The notes beneath the pieces are model-generated. The model was not told where the DNA came from, ran no database searches, and was given only the letters and a program-made list of their open reading frames with translations. A DNA stretch of 64,000 bases from the NCBI GenBank assembly GCA_040773245.1, contig JAXGWO010000004.1, positions 4,290 through 68,289 on the forward strand, read 5' to 3'. Source of the stretch: PVC group bacterium (GTDB lineage: Bacteria > Auribacterota > Erginobacteria > Erginobacterales > Erginobacteraceae). This document shows, one piece after another, positions 1-10,142 of the stretch. The position numbers were made by a program, and so were the translations under genes. The first letter of the stretch is position 1. Every line of letters starts with the position of its first letter.

Positions 1-786
1 ATTGATGTCGGCCACCGTCATATCCGGGAGGACCCGGGTCGCCGCCACCTCGCCGACCTCCCGGTCGCCGTCAAGGACCCGGAACCGGGTCCCGGAAACC
101 ACCCCGTCACCGCTCCCCCGGTTGATGACCACGAAGTTGTAGTCCGGGTTGACCTTGAGGATGGTGCCCCGGAAAGAGGGAACCGCCTCCCGTCCTTCCT
201 TGACCAGCAGCCCCGGCATCTCGACGGTCCGGGCCGAGGCCAGGCGGTCCTGGAGTTCGCTCTTGTCGGCGAGAAGCTTCTCGATCTGGTCCAGGTAGCG
301 TTTCTGGGCTTCCCGGCTCTCCCGGAACGATTCCCTCAGCTCCGCCAGGGAGGCCTGCTCGGCCTGGAGACGTTCGTCGAGGTCCCGGTTCTGACTCTGG
401 AGGTTCTCCAGCCGGGACTCCAGAAGGATCCGGCCCGACCGCAGTTCGACCACTTCATCCTGGAGCTGACTGCGCCCGGCTTCGGCGAGGCGGAACTGAT
501 CGGCGACGTCGTTGAGCTCCCGGAGCCGGTCGGCGAGGTCCCGTTCCAGGTCCGCCGTCTGCTCCTCGGCCACCCGCCTCGCGCTGGTCTCCTCCTCCAG
601 CCGCCCGGATTGCGAACGGGTCCGGGCGAAGAGCGCGATCACCGCCACCGCCAGCAGGCCGATGATCACGGGGAAGATCAGCCGGGACAGGCCGGCCCGC
701 CCGCCGCCCGCCGGCGGTCCATCGCCGCCGGGGAAAACCTGGTCTGCCGGATTGGTTTCCTGGACCTCGTTCGCTTCGGGAGCCAT
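1..786 (-). CDS. Hypothetical membrane-anchored coiled-coil protein, 3' end truncated by the window edge. The N-terminus has one TM helix followed by a long coiled coil.
   Basis: The reverse-strand ORF starts at the ATG complementary to 784-786, preceded by an AGGAGA RBS. It is absent from the track because it runs off the window. Translation reads MAPEANEV...LIFPVIIGLLAVAVIAL then heptad-rich segments. Confidence 0.55.
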   Translation of the reverse strand, partial: MAPEANEVQETNPADQVFPGGDGPPAGGGRAGLSRLIFPVIIGLLAVAVIALFARTRSQSGRLEEETSARRVAEEQTADLERDLADRLRELNDVADQFRLAEAGRSQLQDEVVELRSGRILLESRLENLQSQNRDLDERLQAEQASLAELRESFRESREAQKRYLDQIEKLLADKSELQDRLASARTVEMPGLLVKEGREAVPSFRGTILKVNPDYNFVVINRGSGDGVVSGTRFRVLDGDREVGEVAATRVLPDMTVADIN

Positions 787-940
787 AGCCTGATCTCCTA
801 TAAATTTTACGGGGAAAAGAATGACGGTATTATCCAACTGCAGTAAGATACTATCCATATCCCGCCCGGTGTCAAGCCGGATGTTGATTTTATCGAATCT
901 TGATTATATTTATCCCGCCCGGCGCGAGGGTGTGACTTTT

Positions 941-2056
941 ATGGAGATTCTGTTCATAGTTTCCCTGGTCTTCATTTTTTACGCCTACCTGGGTTATCCC
1001 CTCCTCCTCCTGGTCCTGACCGCCGGGAAGAGCCCTTGTTTTGCCCCGTCCGGTTCCGTCCGGCCGACGGTCAGCCTCCTGATCCCGGTCTATAACGAGG
1101 AAGCGGTGATCGCCCGGAAGCTGGAAAACACCCTCGCCCTCGATTACCCGGAGGAGCGGCTGGAGATCGTGGTCGCCTCCGACGGTTCGACCGACCGGAC
1201 GGCGGAACTGGTCCGGCCCTTCCTCTCCCCCCGGATCCGCCTGCTGGACTACCCCGAGCACCGGGGGAAGATGAGCGTGATCAACCGGGCGGCGGAGAGA
1301 CTCTCCGGGGAGATCATCGTCTTCACCGACGCCAGCGCCTTCTTCCCCCCGGAAGCCCTCATACTCCTCCTGGCAGGTTTCGCCGATCCGGCGGCGGGGG
1401 CGGTGAGCGGGGCCCTGGTCCTGAGGGAAGAAGCGACGGACGGAGGCGAGCTGACGGTCGACCTCTACTGGCGGCTGGAAAAGCTGATCCGGGAACGGGA
1501 GAGCCGGCTCTACTCCGGCGTCGGCGCCACCGGGGCGATCTACGCCCTGCGCCGGGAGCTCTTCTCCCCCCTTCCCGAGGACACCATCCTCGATGATATG
1601 CTGCTCCCGCTGGAAGCGGTCCGGAGGGGACGGCGGATCCGGTTCGAGAGCCGGGCCCGGGCTTACGAGGAGAGATACACGGATATCCGGTCGGAGTACC
1701 GGCGCAAGGTCCGGACTCTGGCTGGAAATTACCAGGTCTTCGCTCGGGCGCCGTGGCTCTTCCGATCGAAGATCGCCTTCCAGCTGATCTCCCACAAGCT
1801 CTTCCGGCTCCTGGTCCCCTTCGCCCTGGCCGGACTGCTGCTCTCCTCTCTCCTCGGCCCTCCGTTCCTGCGTCCGGTTTTCTCTCTCCAGCTGGTCTTT
1901 TACGGGTTGGCGGCCGCCGGCCTGCTGGTGATCCGCCGGGGACGGGCGCCGGGAAGGTTATTGTCCCTGCCCCTGACCTTCTGCCTCCTTAACGCGGCCG
2001 CCCTGAAGGCGTTTTTCGTCTATTTTTTCGGGCGGCGGAAACCGGCCTGGCGCTGA
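941..2056 (+). CDS. Family 2 glycosyltransferase, a membrane-embedded processive-type enzyme (cellulose/PNAG-synthase-like).
   Basis: N-terminal TM helix, PVYNEE and DGSTD motifs, C-terminal TM helices. The track ORF 821-2056 probably starts at the ATG at 941 (MEILFIV...). Confidence 0.8.
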   Translation: MEILFIVSLVFIFYAYLGYPLLLLVLTAGKSPCFAPSGSVRPTVSLLIPVYNEEAVIARKLENTLALDYPEERLEIVVASDGSTDRTAELVRPFLSPRIRLLDYPEHRGKMSVINRAAERLSGEIIVFTDASAFFPPEALILLLAGFADPAAGAVSGALVLREEATDGGELTVDLYWRLEKLIRERESRLYSGVGATGAIYALRRELFSPLPEDTILDDMLLPLEAVRRGRRIRFESRARAYEERYTDIRSEYRRKVRTLAGNYQVFARAPWLFRSKIAFQLISHKLFRLLVPFALAGLLLSSLLGPPFLRPVFSLQLVFYGLAAAGLLVIRRGRAPGRLLSLPLTFCLLNAAALKAFFVYFFGRRKPAWR

Positions 2057-2189
2057 AAGCCTTTTCGCTGGACTATTCGAAGCGTTTATACTATCAACTT
2101 GTTTCCCGTCCCGGGTTCAACGTCATCTAACCCCGAAGGCGGCAATTCGGCATTCATCGAAGCAAGTCCCTTTCGAGAACGGCCAATCG

Positions 2190-3260
2190 ATGAACGAGTC
2201 ACTGAAGAAAAAACTCTTTCTCTTCCTCCGGCTGGGGATCAGTTTCGGCCTGATCGGCTATATCTTTTGGCGTCTGGCCGGCGAGCACGAACTCGGCGAC
2301 CTGCTCCGCTACTGGTCGGAGATGCGCTGGGGCTGGGTGGCGGGGGCCTTCCTGATCACCTTCGGCCTCCTGGCGGTCGGCTCAATCCGCTGGGGGATGC
2401 TCCTGGCCGCCCGGGGGGTGAAACTGAGCGGGCTGAGTTACTTTATGTACTATATGGTGGGGATGTTCTTCAACAACTTCCTCCCCTCCACGGTGGGGGG
2501 CGACGTGGTCAAGGCCTATTATCTCTCCCGGGCGACCGGGAAGACCGCCGTCGCCTTCATCTCCGTCCTCCTCGACCGTCTGATAGGGATGGGGGGGCTC
2601 TGCGTGGTCGCGCTCGCCTCCTGCCTGATCGGGGGCCGCGCCCTCTGGTCCATCCCCGAGACCCGTCCCTACGCCCTTCCGGTCTTCCTGATCGTGGGCG
2701 GGCTCTCCCTCGCCCTCGGGCTCTTCTTCCTCGTCTCCTTCAACGACCGGGTGATGAACCTGTTCCTCTCCCTCTCCCGCTGGGGGAAGATCGGCGAGAA
2801 GATCCGGGAACTTCACCAGGCGCTCTACCTCTACAAGGGGCAGGCGGGCGTTCTGGTCAGGACCCTCCTCATCTCCGTCGGGATCTGGGTGATGATCATC
2901 ACCGCTTCCTGGATGGTTTCGCTGGCCTTCATCGGGAATATTCCCCGCATCTCCATCGTCTATTTCTTCCTCTTTATGCCCCCGATCTCGGTCATTATGT
3001 CGCTGCCGATCTCCTTCGCCGGCATCGGGACCCGGGAGATGGGCTTCATCATCTTCTTCGGGGCCCTCCAGGGGATCGGCAAGCTTGACGCCCTGGTCAT
3101 CTCCCTGACCTTTTACTTCCTCTACTTAATGGCCTCGCTGATCGGCGGGGTGGTTTACGTATTCAAGGACAGCCTGCGCTTTCACCGCGAGGTCCCGGAT
3201 TTCGATCTCGCCGAAGCGGCCGGCGCGCAGGCAAACGAAGAGGAGCTTACAAGACTATGA
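2190..3260 (+). CDS. Flippase-like / lysylphosphatidylglycerol-synthase-TM-domain family (UPF0104) integral membrane protein.
   Basis: About 8 TM helices and a STVGGDVVKAYYL motif typical of the family. The stop overlaps the next gene's start (ATGA). Confidence 0.7.
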   Translation: MNESLKKKLFLFLRLGISFGLIGYIFWRLAGEHELGDLLRYWSEMRWGWVAGAFLITFGLLAVGSIRWGMLLAARGVKLSGLSYFMYYMVGMFFNNFLPSTVGGDVVKAYYLSRATGKTAVAFISVLLDRLIGMGGLCVVALASCLIGGRALWSIPETRPYALPVFLIVGGLSLALGLFFLVSFNDRVMNLFLSLSRWGKIGEKIRELHQALYLYKGQAGVLVRTLLISVGIWVMIITASWMVSLAFIGNIPRISIVYFFLFMPPISVIMSLPISFAGIGTREMGFIIFFGALQGIGKLDALVISLTFYFLYLMASLIGGVVYVFKDSLRFHREVPDFDLAEAAGAQANEEELTRL

Positions 3261-3994
3261 AAGGAGTCATTCTCGCCGGAGGACTGGGGACCCGCCTGGC
3301 ACCCCTGACCAACATCACCAACAAGCACCTGCTGCCGATCTACGACAAGCCGATGATCTACTACCCGCTCCAGACCCTGGTCAACGCCGGGATCGAGGAC
3401 ATTATGGTGGTGACCGGCGGGAACAACGCCGGAGACTTCCTCCGGCTGCTCGGCAACGGCCGGGCCTTCGGCCTGAAGTGGCTCCGCTACGCCTACCAGG
3501 AAGGGGAAGGGGGGATCGCCGCCGCTCTGGGCCTGGCCGAGCACTTCGCCGAGGGGGAGAAGATCCTGGTGATGCTGGGGGACAACGTGATCGAGAAGGA
3601 CATCATCGGTCCGGTCCGGTCCTTCCGGGAACAGGAGAAAGGGGCCCGGATCCTGCTGAAAGAGGTTCCCAACCCCTCCGACTACGGGGTGGCGGTCCTC
3701 GAGGGGGACCGGGTGAAGACGATCATCGAGAAGCCGAAGGTCCCGCCCACCAACCTGGCGGTGATCGGGATCTATATGTACGACGGCGGGGTCTTCGATC
3801 GGATCAAGAATCTCTCGCCCTCCGCCCGGGGGGAGCTGGAGATCACCGACGTCAACAATATGTATATCGAGGACGGGACGATGGCCTACGACGTCCTCGA
3901 CGGCTGGTGGGCCGACGCCGGCTCGTCGATCGACGGCTGGTTCCGGGTCAACCAGAGGGTGGCCGAGGGGGGGGCGAACCGGGTTTCCGGATGA
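3257..3994 (+). CDS. Short-form sugar-phosphate nucleotidyltransferase, glucose-1-phosphate thymidylyltransferase-like.
   Basis: N-terminal MKGVILAGGLGTRLAPLT...NKHLLPIYDKPMIYYPL nucleotidyltransferase signature. Length 245 aa. Confidence 0.8.
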   Translation: MKGVILAGGLGTRLAPLTNITNKHLLPIYDKPMIYYPLQTLVNAGIEDIMVVTGGNNAGDFLRLLGNGRAFGLKWLRYAYQEGEGGIAAALGLAEHFAEGEKILVMLGDNVIEKDIIGPVRSFREQEKGARILLKEVPNPSDYGVAVLEGDRVKTIIEKPKVPPTNLAVIGIYMYDGGVFDRIKNLSPSARGELEITDVNNMYIEDGTMAYDVLDGWWADAGSSIDGWFRVNQRVAEGGANRVSG

Positions 3995-4040
3995 CCGTTT
4001 CCGGAGGGGAAAAATCCCGAACTGAATAAGGTTATATTCT

Positions 4041-5048
4041 ATGAGCAGAAAAATCCTCGTGACCGGCGGGGCCGGTTTCATCGGCAGCAACTTCATCCAT
4101 TACCTGGTCCGGAATCATCCCGAAGACGAGATCGTCAACCTCGACAAGCTGACCTACGCCGGGAACCTCGACAACCTCAAGGAGGTCGAGGGGAAGGCGA
4201 ACTACCGCTTCGTGAAGGGCGACATCGCCGACCGCGAGCTGGTGGACGGTCTCTTCGGGGAAGGGCTGGACGCGGTGGTCAACTTCGCGGCCGAGACCCA
4301 CGTCGACCGCTCGATCGGCAACCCCGACGATTTCATCCGGACCGATATCTACGGCACCTACACGCTGCTCGAGGCGGCCCGCCGCCGCGGCGCGGGGTGT
4401 TTCGTCCAGATCTCCACCGACGAGGTTTACGGTTCGGTGGAGGAAGGCTTCAGCACCGAGCGCGACCCCCTGATGCCCCGCAACCCCTATGCCGCCTCCA
4501 AGGCCGGCGCCGACCGTCTGGCCTACTCCTACTTCGCCACCTACGGTCTCCCGGTTATCGTCACCCGGGCCTCGAACAACTTCGGCCCCTACCAGTACCC
4601 GGAAAAGGTCATCCCCCTCTTTGTTACCAACGCCCTCGATTCGATCCCCCTGCCGCTCTACGGCGACGGGCTCAACGTCCGCGACTGGCTCTTTGTCGGG
4701 GACCACTGCTCGGCGATCGATCTCCTGATCTCCCGGGGGGTCAGGGGGGAGGTCTACAACATCGGGGGCGGTAACCTCCTCGCCAACCGGGAACTGACCA
4801 CCCGGATCCTGGAGTACCTGGAACTCCCCGAGAGCCTGATCCGCCGGGTGAAGGACCGGGAGGGGCACGACCGGCGCTACGCCCTCGACTCCTCCAAGCT
4901 GAAGGCCCTGGGCTGGAGACCGGAAGCGGACTTCGCCAGCGAACTGAAGGCCACCATCGCCTGGTACCGCGACAACCGCTGGTGGTGGGAGAAGATCAAG
5001 AGCGGCGAGTTCAAGGAGTACTACCGGAAGCAGTACGGCCACCGGTGA
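4041..5048 (+). CDS. rmlB: dTDP-glucose 4,6-dehydratase.
   Basis: VTGGAGFIGSNF Rossmann motif, catalytic YxxxK (YAASKAGAD), 335 aa, typical RmlB. Confidence 0.9.
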   Translation: MSRKILVTGGAGFIGSNFIHYLVRNHPEDEIVNLDKLTYAGNLDNLKEVEGKANYRFVKGDIADRELVDGLFGEGLDAVVNFAAETHVDRSIGNPDDFIRTDIYGTYTLLEAARRRGAGCFVQISTDEVYGSVEEGFSTERDPLMPRNPYAASKAGADRLAYSYFATYGLPVIVTRASNNFGPYQYPEKVIPLFVTNALDSIPLPLYGDGLNVRDWLFVGDHCSAIDLLISRGVRGEVYNIGGGNLLANRELTTRILEYLELPESLIRRVKDREGHDRRYALDSSKLKALGWRPEADFASELKATIAWYRDNRWWWEKIKSGEFKEYYRKQYGHR

Positions 5049-5069
5049 CCGGGGCGGTGGATTCGATGG

Positions 5070-5160
5070 TGATCCCGATCCCGAGTCCGACCCCGATCAA
5101 GCCCGTAATCGTCGAATTCAATTCGGGGTCGGGACCGGTATCGCTATCGGTATCGAAGCC
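5070..5160. repeat. Hexamer-family palindromic repeat array, GATCCC/GGTATC/GCTATC variants.
   Basis: GATCCCGATCCCGAG...GGTATCGCTATCGGTATCGAAG between rmlB and rmlD. Confidence 0.6.
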
Positions 5161-5175
5161 GAATTCCTAATTGTT

Positions 5176-6027
5176 ATGGGCGATGAGCGATCCATTCTGG
5201 TGATCGGCCACCGCGGCCTCCTCGGGAGGGCGTGTCTGGATGTCCTCTCCGGTCGGTTTTCGATCTCCGGGGTCGATCTCGACCGTTGCGATATAACCCG
5301 GCCGGACCGGATCGCGGAGTCCCTGGACGGTTTCCGTCCCCGGTGGGTGATCAACACCGCCGCCGTCACCGACGTCGACGGCTCCGAGGCCGACCCCGAA
5401 CGGGCCTGGGAGGTCAACGCCCGCGGCCCCGGGAACCTGGCCGCGGCCTGCCGCGAGCGGGGGAGCCGGCTTCTCCAGGTCAGCACCGATTTCGTCTTCG
5501 ACGGCCGGAAGGACGAACCTTACCGGGAAGACGATCCCCCGCGCCCGCTCAGCGTTTACGGGGCGAGCAAGCGGGGGGGAGAGGAGGCGGTGGCGGCGGC
5601 CGGGGGAGATTATCTGATCGTCCGGACGTCCTGGCTCTTCGGGCCCGGGGGAAAGAATTTCCCGGACACGATCCTGCGGGCGGCCGGGAGGAACCCCCGG
5701 CTGGAGGTGGTCGCCGACCAGCGGGGGGCGCCCACCTACTCGCGCGACCTGGCCGCGGGGCTGGGAGACCTGATCGAGAAGGACGCCTCCGGGATCGTCC
5801 ACCTCACCAACCGGGGGGACTGCTCCTGGTACGAGTACGCCGTCTTCATCCTCCGGACCGCCGGGATCGATGCCGAGGTCGTCCCGATCTCCAGCGGGAA
5901 ACTGGCCCGCCCGGCTCCCCGTCCCCGCTACTCGGTGCTCTCCCTGGAACGATACCGGGCGATCACCGGGAAGTCCCCCCGCCCCTGGGAGGAAGCCGTG
6001 CGGGAATATTTGGGGAGTGGGGAGTAG
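5176..6027 (+). CDS. rmlD: dTDP-4-dehydrorhamnose reductase.
   Basis: 283 aa. N-terminal ILVIGHRGLLGRA and family-wide similarity (VSTDFVFDG, YGASK). Confidence 0.85.
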   Translation: MGDERSILVIGHRGLLGRACLDVLSGRFSISGVDLDRCDITRPDRIAESLDGFRPRWVINTAAVTDVDGSEADPERAWEVNARGPGNLAAACRERGSRLLQVSTDFVFDGRKDEPYREDDPPRPLSVYGASKRGGEEAVAAAGGDYLIVRTSWLFGPGGKNFPDTILRAAGRNPRLEVVADQRGAPTYSRDLAAGLGDLIEKDASGIVHLTNRGDCSWYEYAVFILRTAGIDAEVVPISSGKLARPAPRPRYSVLSLERYRAITGKSPRPWEEAVREYLGSGE

Positions 6028-6100
6028 GCAGTGGGGAGTGGTCCCGTAACCGATCACCGATTACTGCTTACTGCGCACTGCTTACCGCTCACTGCTCACC
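6012..6100. repeat. Heptamer-family palindromic repeat array: GGGAGT/GGCAGT followed by ACTGCTT/ACTGCGC/ACCGCTC.
   Basis: GGGGAGTGGGGAGTAGGCAGTGGGGAGTGG ... TTACTGCTTACTGCGCACTGCTTACCGCTCACTGCTCACC, overlapping the rmlD stop. Confidence 0.7.
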
Positions 6101-6190
6101 AGCCGTCCCAAAGGATTTTCTTCTCGCCCTGGCCGCCGGCGGGTGTATAATTTCTTGAGAATCATACCCAATCCGGAAAGGAGGGAGACG

Positions 6191-6400
6191 ATGATCGATA
6201 AGGAACTGCTGGAGATACTGGCCTGCCCGGCCTGCAAGTCCGGGCTGCGCTATGACGAGACAAACCAGAAGCTGATCTGTCTCGACGAGAACCGGGAGAC
6301 CCGCGAGTTCAAGCGGGGCGAGCGCTGCGGACTGATCTACTCGATCAAGGACGACATCCCGGTGATGCTGATCGAGGAGGCGGAGAAGCCGGCTGACTGA
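6191..6400 (+). CDS. Trm112/YcaR-like small zinc-finger protein.
   Basis: LLEILACPACKSGL...DIPVML signature. The track ORF 6143-6400 likely starts at the ATG at 6191. Confidence 0.7.
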   Translation: MIDKELLEILACPACKSGLRYDETNQKLICLDENRETREFKRGERCGLIYSIKDDIPVMLIEEAEKPAD

Positions 6401-6448
6401 CAATCTTTTCCGTCCTGGGTAATCTAATACAAGCCGAAGAATGAAATA

Positions 6449-6537
6449 ATCGCTATCGCTATCGGGATCGCTATCGGGATCGAAGATCCGCCCTGCGCCG
6501 GTCGATAGCGATACCGCTAGCGATCCCGATACCGATT
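6449..6537. repeat. Hexamer-family palindromic repeat array.
   Basis: ATCGCTATCGCTATCGGGATCGCTATCGGGATCG ... CGATAGCGATACCGCTAGCGATCCCGATACCGAT, inverted halves around a GC-rich loop. Confidence 0.75.
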
Positions 6538-6569
6538 ATGTCCGGAGCAATTAAGGGGGGGAGGGCGAG

Positions 6570-7025
6570 ATGAAGACCGCGCCAGTTCGAATATTGGTCA
6601 TCCACGGGCCCAACCTGCAGCTGCTGGGCCGGCGGGAGGTGGAGATCTACGGCGCCTTTACCCTGGAGGACATCAACCGCCGGCTGGAGGAGGAAGCCGT
6701 CCGCCTGGGGGTCGAGCTGACGGTGGTCCAGTCCAACCACGAGGGGGAGATCGTCGACCTGATCGGCACGGCGGAAGGCCGGGTTGATGCGATCGTGATC
6801 AACCCGGCCGCCTACACCCATACCAGCGTCGCCATCCGCGACGCCCTGGCCGCGGTCCCGGTCCCGGCGGTGGAGGTCCATCTCTCCAACATCCACCGCC
6901 GGGAGGACTTCCGCCAGCGTTCCCTGGTGGCCCCGGCGGCGGCGGGGCAGATCGCCGGTTTCGGGCCGGAGAGCTACCGGCTGGGGCTGGCCGCCGCGGT
7001 CGGCCTGGTCCGCCGGGAGGGGTAG
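6570..7025 (+). CDS. aroQ: Type II 3-dehydroquinate dehydratase.
   Basis: [16 protein letters not shown]...HLSNIHRRE motifs, 151 aa. Confidence 0.9.
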   Translation: MKTAPVRILVIHGPNLQLLGRREVEIYGAFTLEDINRRLEEEAVRLGVELTVVQSNHEGEIVDLIGTAEGRVDAIVINPAAYTHTSVAIRDALAAVPVPAVEVHLSNIHRREDFRQRSLVAPAAAGQIAGFGPESYRLGLAAAVGLVRREG

Positions 7026-7026
7026 G

Positions 7027-8118
7027 ATGGATTTCGACCACCCCGGGCGGCTGCAGAAGCTCCGCGGCCGGATGGCGGCCTCTTCCCTCGACTCGCTCCT
7101 GGTCTCCGGAAGAGAGAATGTCTATTACTTCTCCGGCTTCACCGGCGGCGAAAGCCTGCTCCTGGTCAAGGAAGAACGGGCCTTCCTGATCACCGACTTC
7201 CGTTACCGGGAACAGGCTCAGGAGGAGCTGGCCCCGGGCTGCGAGCTCCGGTTGCGTTCCGCCTCCGCGGCCGCCGCGGTATCGTCCGTGGCCCGGGAAG
7301 CAAGACTCCGGCGGATCGGGTTCGAGGAGGAACAGCTCAGCTGGGCCGCTCACGGGCGGCTGGAGGCCAAGCTTCCCGGGAAAAGACTCATCCCGGCCGG
7401 GAACCTGATCAGCGGATTGCGGATGGTCAAGGAGCCGGGGGAGATTGACCGGATTCGCGAATCGGCCCGGCGGACCGTCCGGGTCCTCTCCCGGTTTCAG
7501 GGGACGATCAAGCCGGGGAGGACCGAAAAATCCCTCGCCCGCCGGCTGGCGGCGGATTTTTACCGGGCCGGCGGGGAACCGGCTTTCGATCCGATCGTGG
7601 CCGCCTCCGCCCACAGCTCCCACCCTCACGCCGTTCCCTCGGACCGGCGGCTGCGGAGAGGGGAGATCTGCCTGGTCGACCTGGGGGGGAGGTGGGGGCT
7701 CTACAACTGCGACCTGACCAGGACCCTGGCCGGGGGGACCTGCCCCCGCCGGTTCCGGACGGTTTACCGGGCGGTCCTGGCGGCCCAGGAGAAAGCGATC
7801 GGGGCGGTCCGCCCCGGGGTCCGGGCCTCCGAGATCGACCGCCGGGCCCGCGGCTGCCTGAAAGAGAGAGGCCTGGAAGGGTACTTCGGGCACGGTCTCG
7901 GACACGGGGTCGGCCTGGAAGTCCACGAGCGGCCGGCCGTCAACCGCCGCTCCCGGGAGGTCCTGCGGGAGGGGATGGTCTTCACCATCGAGCCGGGGGT
8001 CTATATCCCCGGCTGGGGCGGAGTCCGGATCGAGGACACCGTCCTGGTCACCGCCTCCGGCTGCGAGGTCCTCACCCCGGCCCCGAAAACCCTGGAAAGC
8101 TGCCGGTTGGAGTGGTAG
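7027..8118 (+). CDS. M24-family Xaa-Pro aminopeptidase.
   Basis: Creatinase N-domain plus HGLGHGVGLEVHE metal-binding motif. Confidence 0.85.
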   Translation: MDFDHPGRLQKLRGRMAASSLDSLLVSGRENVYYFSGFTGGESLLLVKEERAFLITDFRYREQAQEELAPGCELRLRSASAAAAVSSVAREARLRRIGFEEEQLSWAAHGRLEAKLPGKRLIPAGNLISGLRMVKEPGEIDRIRESARRTVRVLSRFQGTIKPGRTEKSLARRLAADFYRAGGEPAFDPIVAASAHSSHPHAVPSDRRLRRGEICLVDLGGRWGLYNCDLTRTLAGGTCPRRFRTVYRAVLAAQEKAIGAVRPGVRASEIDRRARGCLKERGLEGYFGHGLGHGVGLEVHERPAVNRRSREVLREGMVFTIEPGVYIPGWGGVRIEDTVLVTASGCEVLTPAPKTLESCRLEW

Positions 8119-8123
8119 AAAGG

Positions 8124-8186
8124 ACAGTGGGCAGTAGGCAGTAGGCAGTGGGCAGTGAATTCTGAATTCTGTATTCTGTATTCTGA
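8124..8186. repeat. Heptamer-family repeat array: GGGCAGT/AGGCAGT x4 then AATTCTG/TATTCTG x4.
   Basis: GTGGGCAGTAGGCAGTAGGCAGTGGGCAGTGAATTCTGAATTCTGTATTCTGTATTCTG between the aminopeptidase and pfk. Confidence 0.75.
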
Positions 8187-8201
8187 CAAGGAGGTCTGAC
8201 A

Positions 8202-9557
8202 ATGGTCAAAAGAATCATCGTCGGGGAGTCGGGAGGGCCGACCCCGGTCATCGACTGGGAAGTCGCCGGGGTGGTGGACGCCGCCCAGAAAGCCGGGGTC
8301 GAGGTTTACGGGATGTTCAACGGCCTGGAGGGGCTGCTCAACGCCAACATCGAGGGGAATATCGTCGATCTCTCGATGATCAACGCGATGTCCTTTACCT
8401 TCACCGGTCCCGGGGCGGGCCTGCGGACCACCCGGATCAAGCCCAAGGCCGAGCAGTACCGGTATATGGCCCGCCACCTGGACGCCCTCGGCATCGACGG
8501 GGTGGTCTACATCGGCGGCAACGACAGCGCCGACCAGCTGCTCGGGTTGACCGCCGAGTGCGAGGTCAAGGCCATCCACGCCATCAAGACGGTGGACAAC
8601 GACCTCCCGGTCACCCACCACTGCCCCGGGTACGGTTCGGCCGCCCTCTACAACGCGATCGCCCTCAAGAACGTCCACAGCGACTTCTCCTCCTACCGGG
8701 TCTGGGGCAATTACCGGGTTGACGGGAAGATCGTCGCCGCCCCCAGCATCATCCCGGTGGTCATCTACCAGGTGATGGGGCGCAAGGCCGGGTGGTTGGC
8801 CCAGGGGACCGCCTTCGCCAAGGTCGACCCCCGGGGCGATCTCCGTCCGGATTATCCGCCGCACATCATCCTCAGCAAAGAGATCCTCTTCGACCCGGAG
8901 GAGTTCCTGGCCGAACTGGAGAGGGTCATCACCAAAAGGAACGAGGCGGTGATCGTGGTCCAGGAGGACCTGACCGACAAGAAGACCGGGAAGGCCCTGG
9001 CCGAGGTTTATTCCGACACGGTGATCACCGATCCCCACGGCAACATCCAGCACGGCCGGGCGGGATCGTTCGCCCCCTGCCTCTTCCTGGCCGGGCTGAT
9101 CAAGAAGGAGCTGAAGATCCCCGGCCTGCTGGGGCAGATCAAGGAGGCCGTCCTCGTCCCCCAGCACATCCAGCGGTCCAACCGGGTCTCCCGGCAGGAC
9201 GCCTGCGAGGCCTATATGGTCGGCTATGCCGCCGTCCGGGCGATGCTCGACGGCGCCGACCGGAAGTCGGTAATCCTGGAGAAGGTCAAGACCCGGGTCA
9301 CCACCGGCCTGACCGACCTGGCCAACATCGCCGCTCGGGAGAGAAAAGTTCCCCTCGAGTACATCGACGGCTACCGGGGCCCGACCCAGGAGTTCATCGA
9401 CGAGTTCATCTACACCATCGGCGGCGCGGGGGCGATCCCCCATTACTCCTACCGGAAGTTCATCAACGTTCCCGTCCCCGAGGCGATCAAGAAAGCGCCG
9501 TACCTTAAGGGAGAGGACGAGTACAAGTGGCCCCTGAAGAGGGACATCATCCAGTAA
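8202..9557 (+). CDS. pfk: 6-phosphofructokinase family protein, likely pyrophosphate-dependent.
   Basis: GGNDS, KTVDNDLP and MGRKAGWLA PFK motifs, 451 aa. Confidence 0.75.
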   Translation: MVKRIIVGESGGPTPVIDWEVAGVVDAAQKAGVEVYGMFNGLEGLLNANIEGNIVDLSMINAMSFTFTGPGAGLRTTRIKPKAEQYRYMARHLDALGIDGVVYIGGNDSADQLLGLTAECEVKAIHAIKTVDNDLPVTHHCPGYGSAALYNAIALKNVHSDFSSYRVWGNYRVDGKIVAAPSIIPVVIYQVMGRKAGWLAQGTAFAKVDPRGDLRPDYPPHIILSKEILFDPEEFLAELERVITKRNEAVIVVQEDLTDKKTGKALAEVYSDTVITDPHGNIQHGRAGSFAPCLFLAGLIKKELKIPGLLGQIKEAVLVPQHIQRSNRVSRQDACEAYMVGYAAVRAMLDGADRKSVILEKVKTRVTTGLTDLANIAARERKVPLEYIDGYRGPTQEFIDEFIYTIGGAGAIPHYSYRKFINVPVPEAIKKAPYLKGEDEYKWPLKRDIIQ

Positions 9558-9575
9558 TTCGGACGGGATCCGACG

Positions 9576-10142
9576 ATGGAAAATAACATTATCGCGGCGC
9601 TGGAAGAGAACCTCCGGCAGGGAGAGAAGCTAAAATCTTTGGCCCCGGCCATCGCCCGGGCGGCCGGGATGATGATCGGCTGTCTCCGTTCCGGGGGGAA
9701 GATCCTGATCTGCGGCAACGGCGGTTCCGCCGCTGATTCCCAGCACATCGCCGCCGAACTGGTCGGAAGGTTCAAGCGGGAACGGAAGGGGCTGGCGGCG
9801 GTCGCCCTGACCACCGACACCTCGATCCTGACCGCCCTGGCCAACGATTACTCCTTCGACGGGGTCTTCCGCCGCCAGGTCGAGGCCCTCGGCCGCCCGG
9901 GCGACCTGCTGCTGCTGCTTTCCACCAGCGGCAACTCCCCCAATCTCTTGCTGGCCGCCCGGGAGGCGAAAGCGGCCGGTTTGGGGACCTGCGCCCTGCT
10001 CGGGAAAGACGGGGGCAAGCTGGCCGGGGAGGTTGACCTCGCCCTGGTCGTCCCATCCTCCGACACCGCCCGGATCCAGGAAGGCCAGGCCCTGATCTAC
10101 CACATCCTCTGCGACCTGGTGGAGGGGGCCTTCGCCGGGTGA
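9576..10142 (+). CDS. gmhA: D-sedoheptulose-7-phosphate isomerase.
   Basis: SIS domain, [17 protein letters not shown] motif, 188 aa. Confidence 0.85.
   Translation: MENNIIAALEENLRQGEKLKSLAPAIARAAGMMIGCLRSGGKILICGNGGSAADSQHIAAELVGRFKRERKGLAAVALTTDTSILTALANDYSFDGVFRRQVEALGRPGDLLLLLSTSGNSPNLLLAAREAKAAGLGTCALLGKDGGKLAGEVDLALVVPSSDTARIQEGQALIYHILCDLVEGAFAG

Noticed and set aside
890-1795. 301-aa minus-strand ORF inside the GT2 gene.
   Set aside because: Antisense to a gene with clear glycosyltransferase motifs. The product is Pro/Gly/Asp-rich low complexity.
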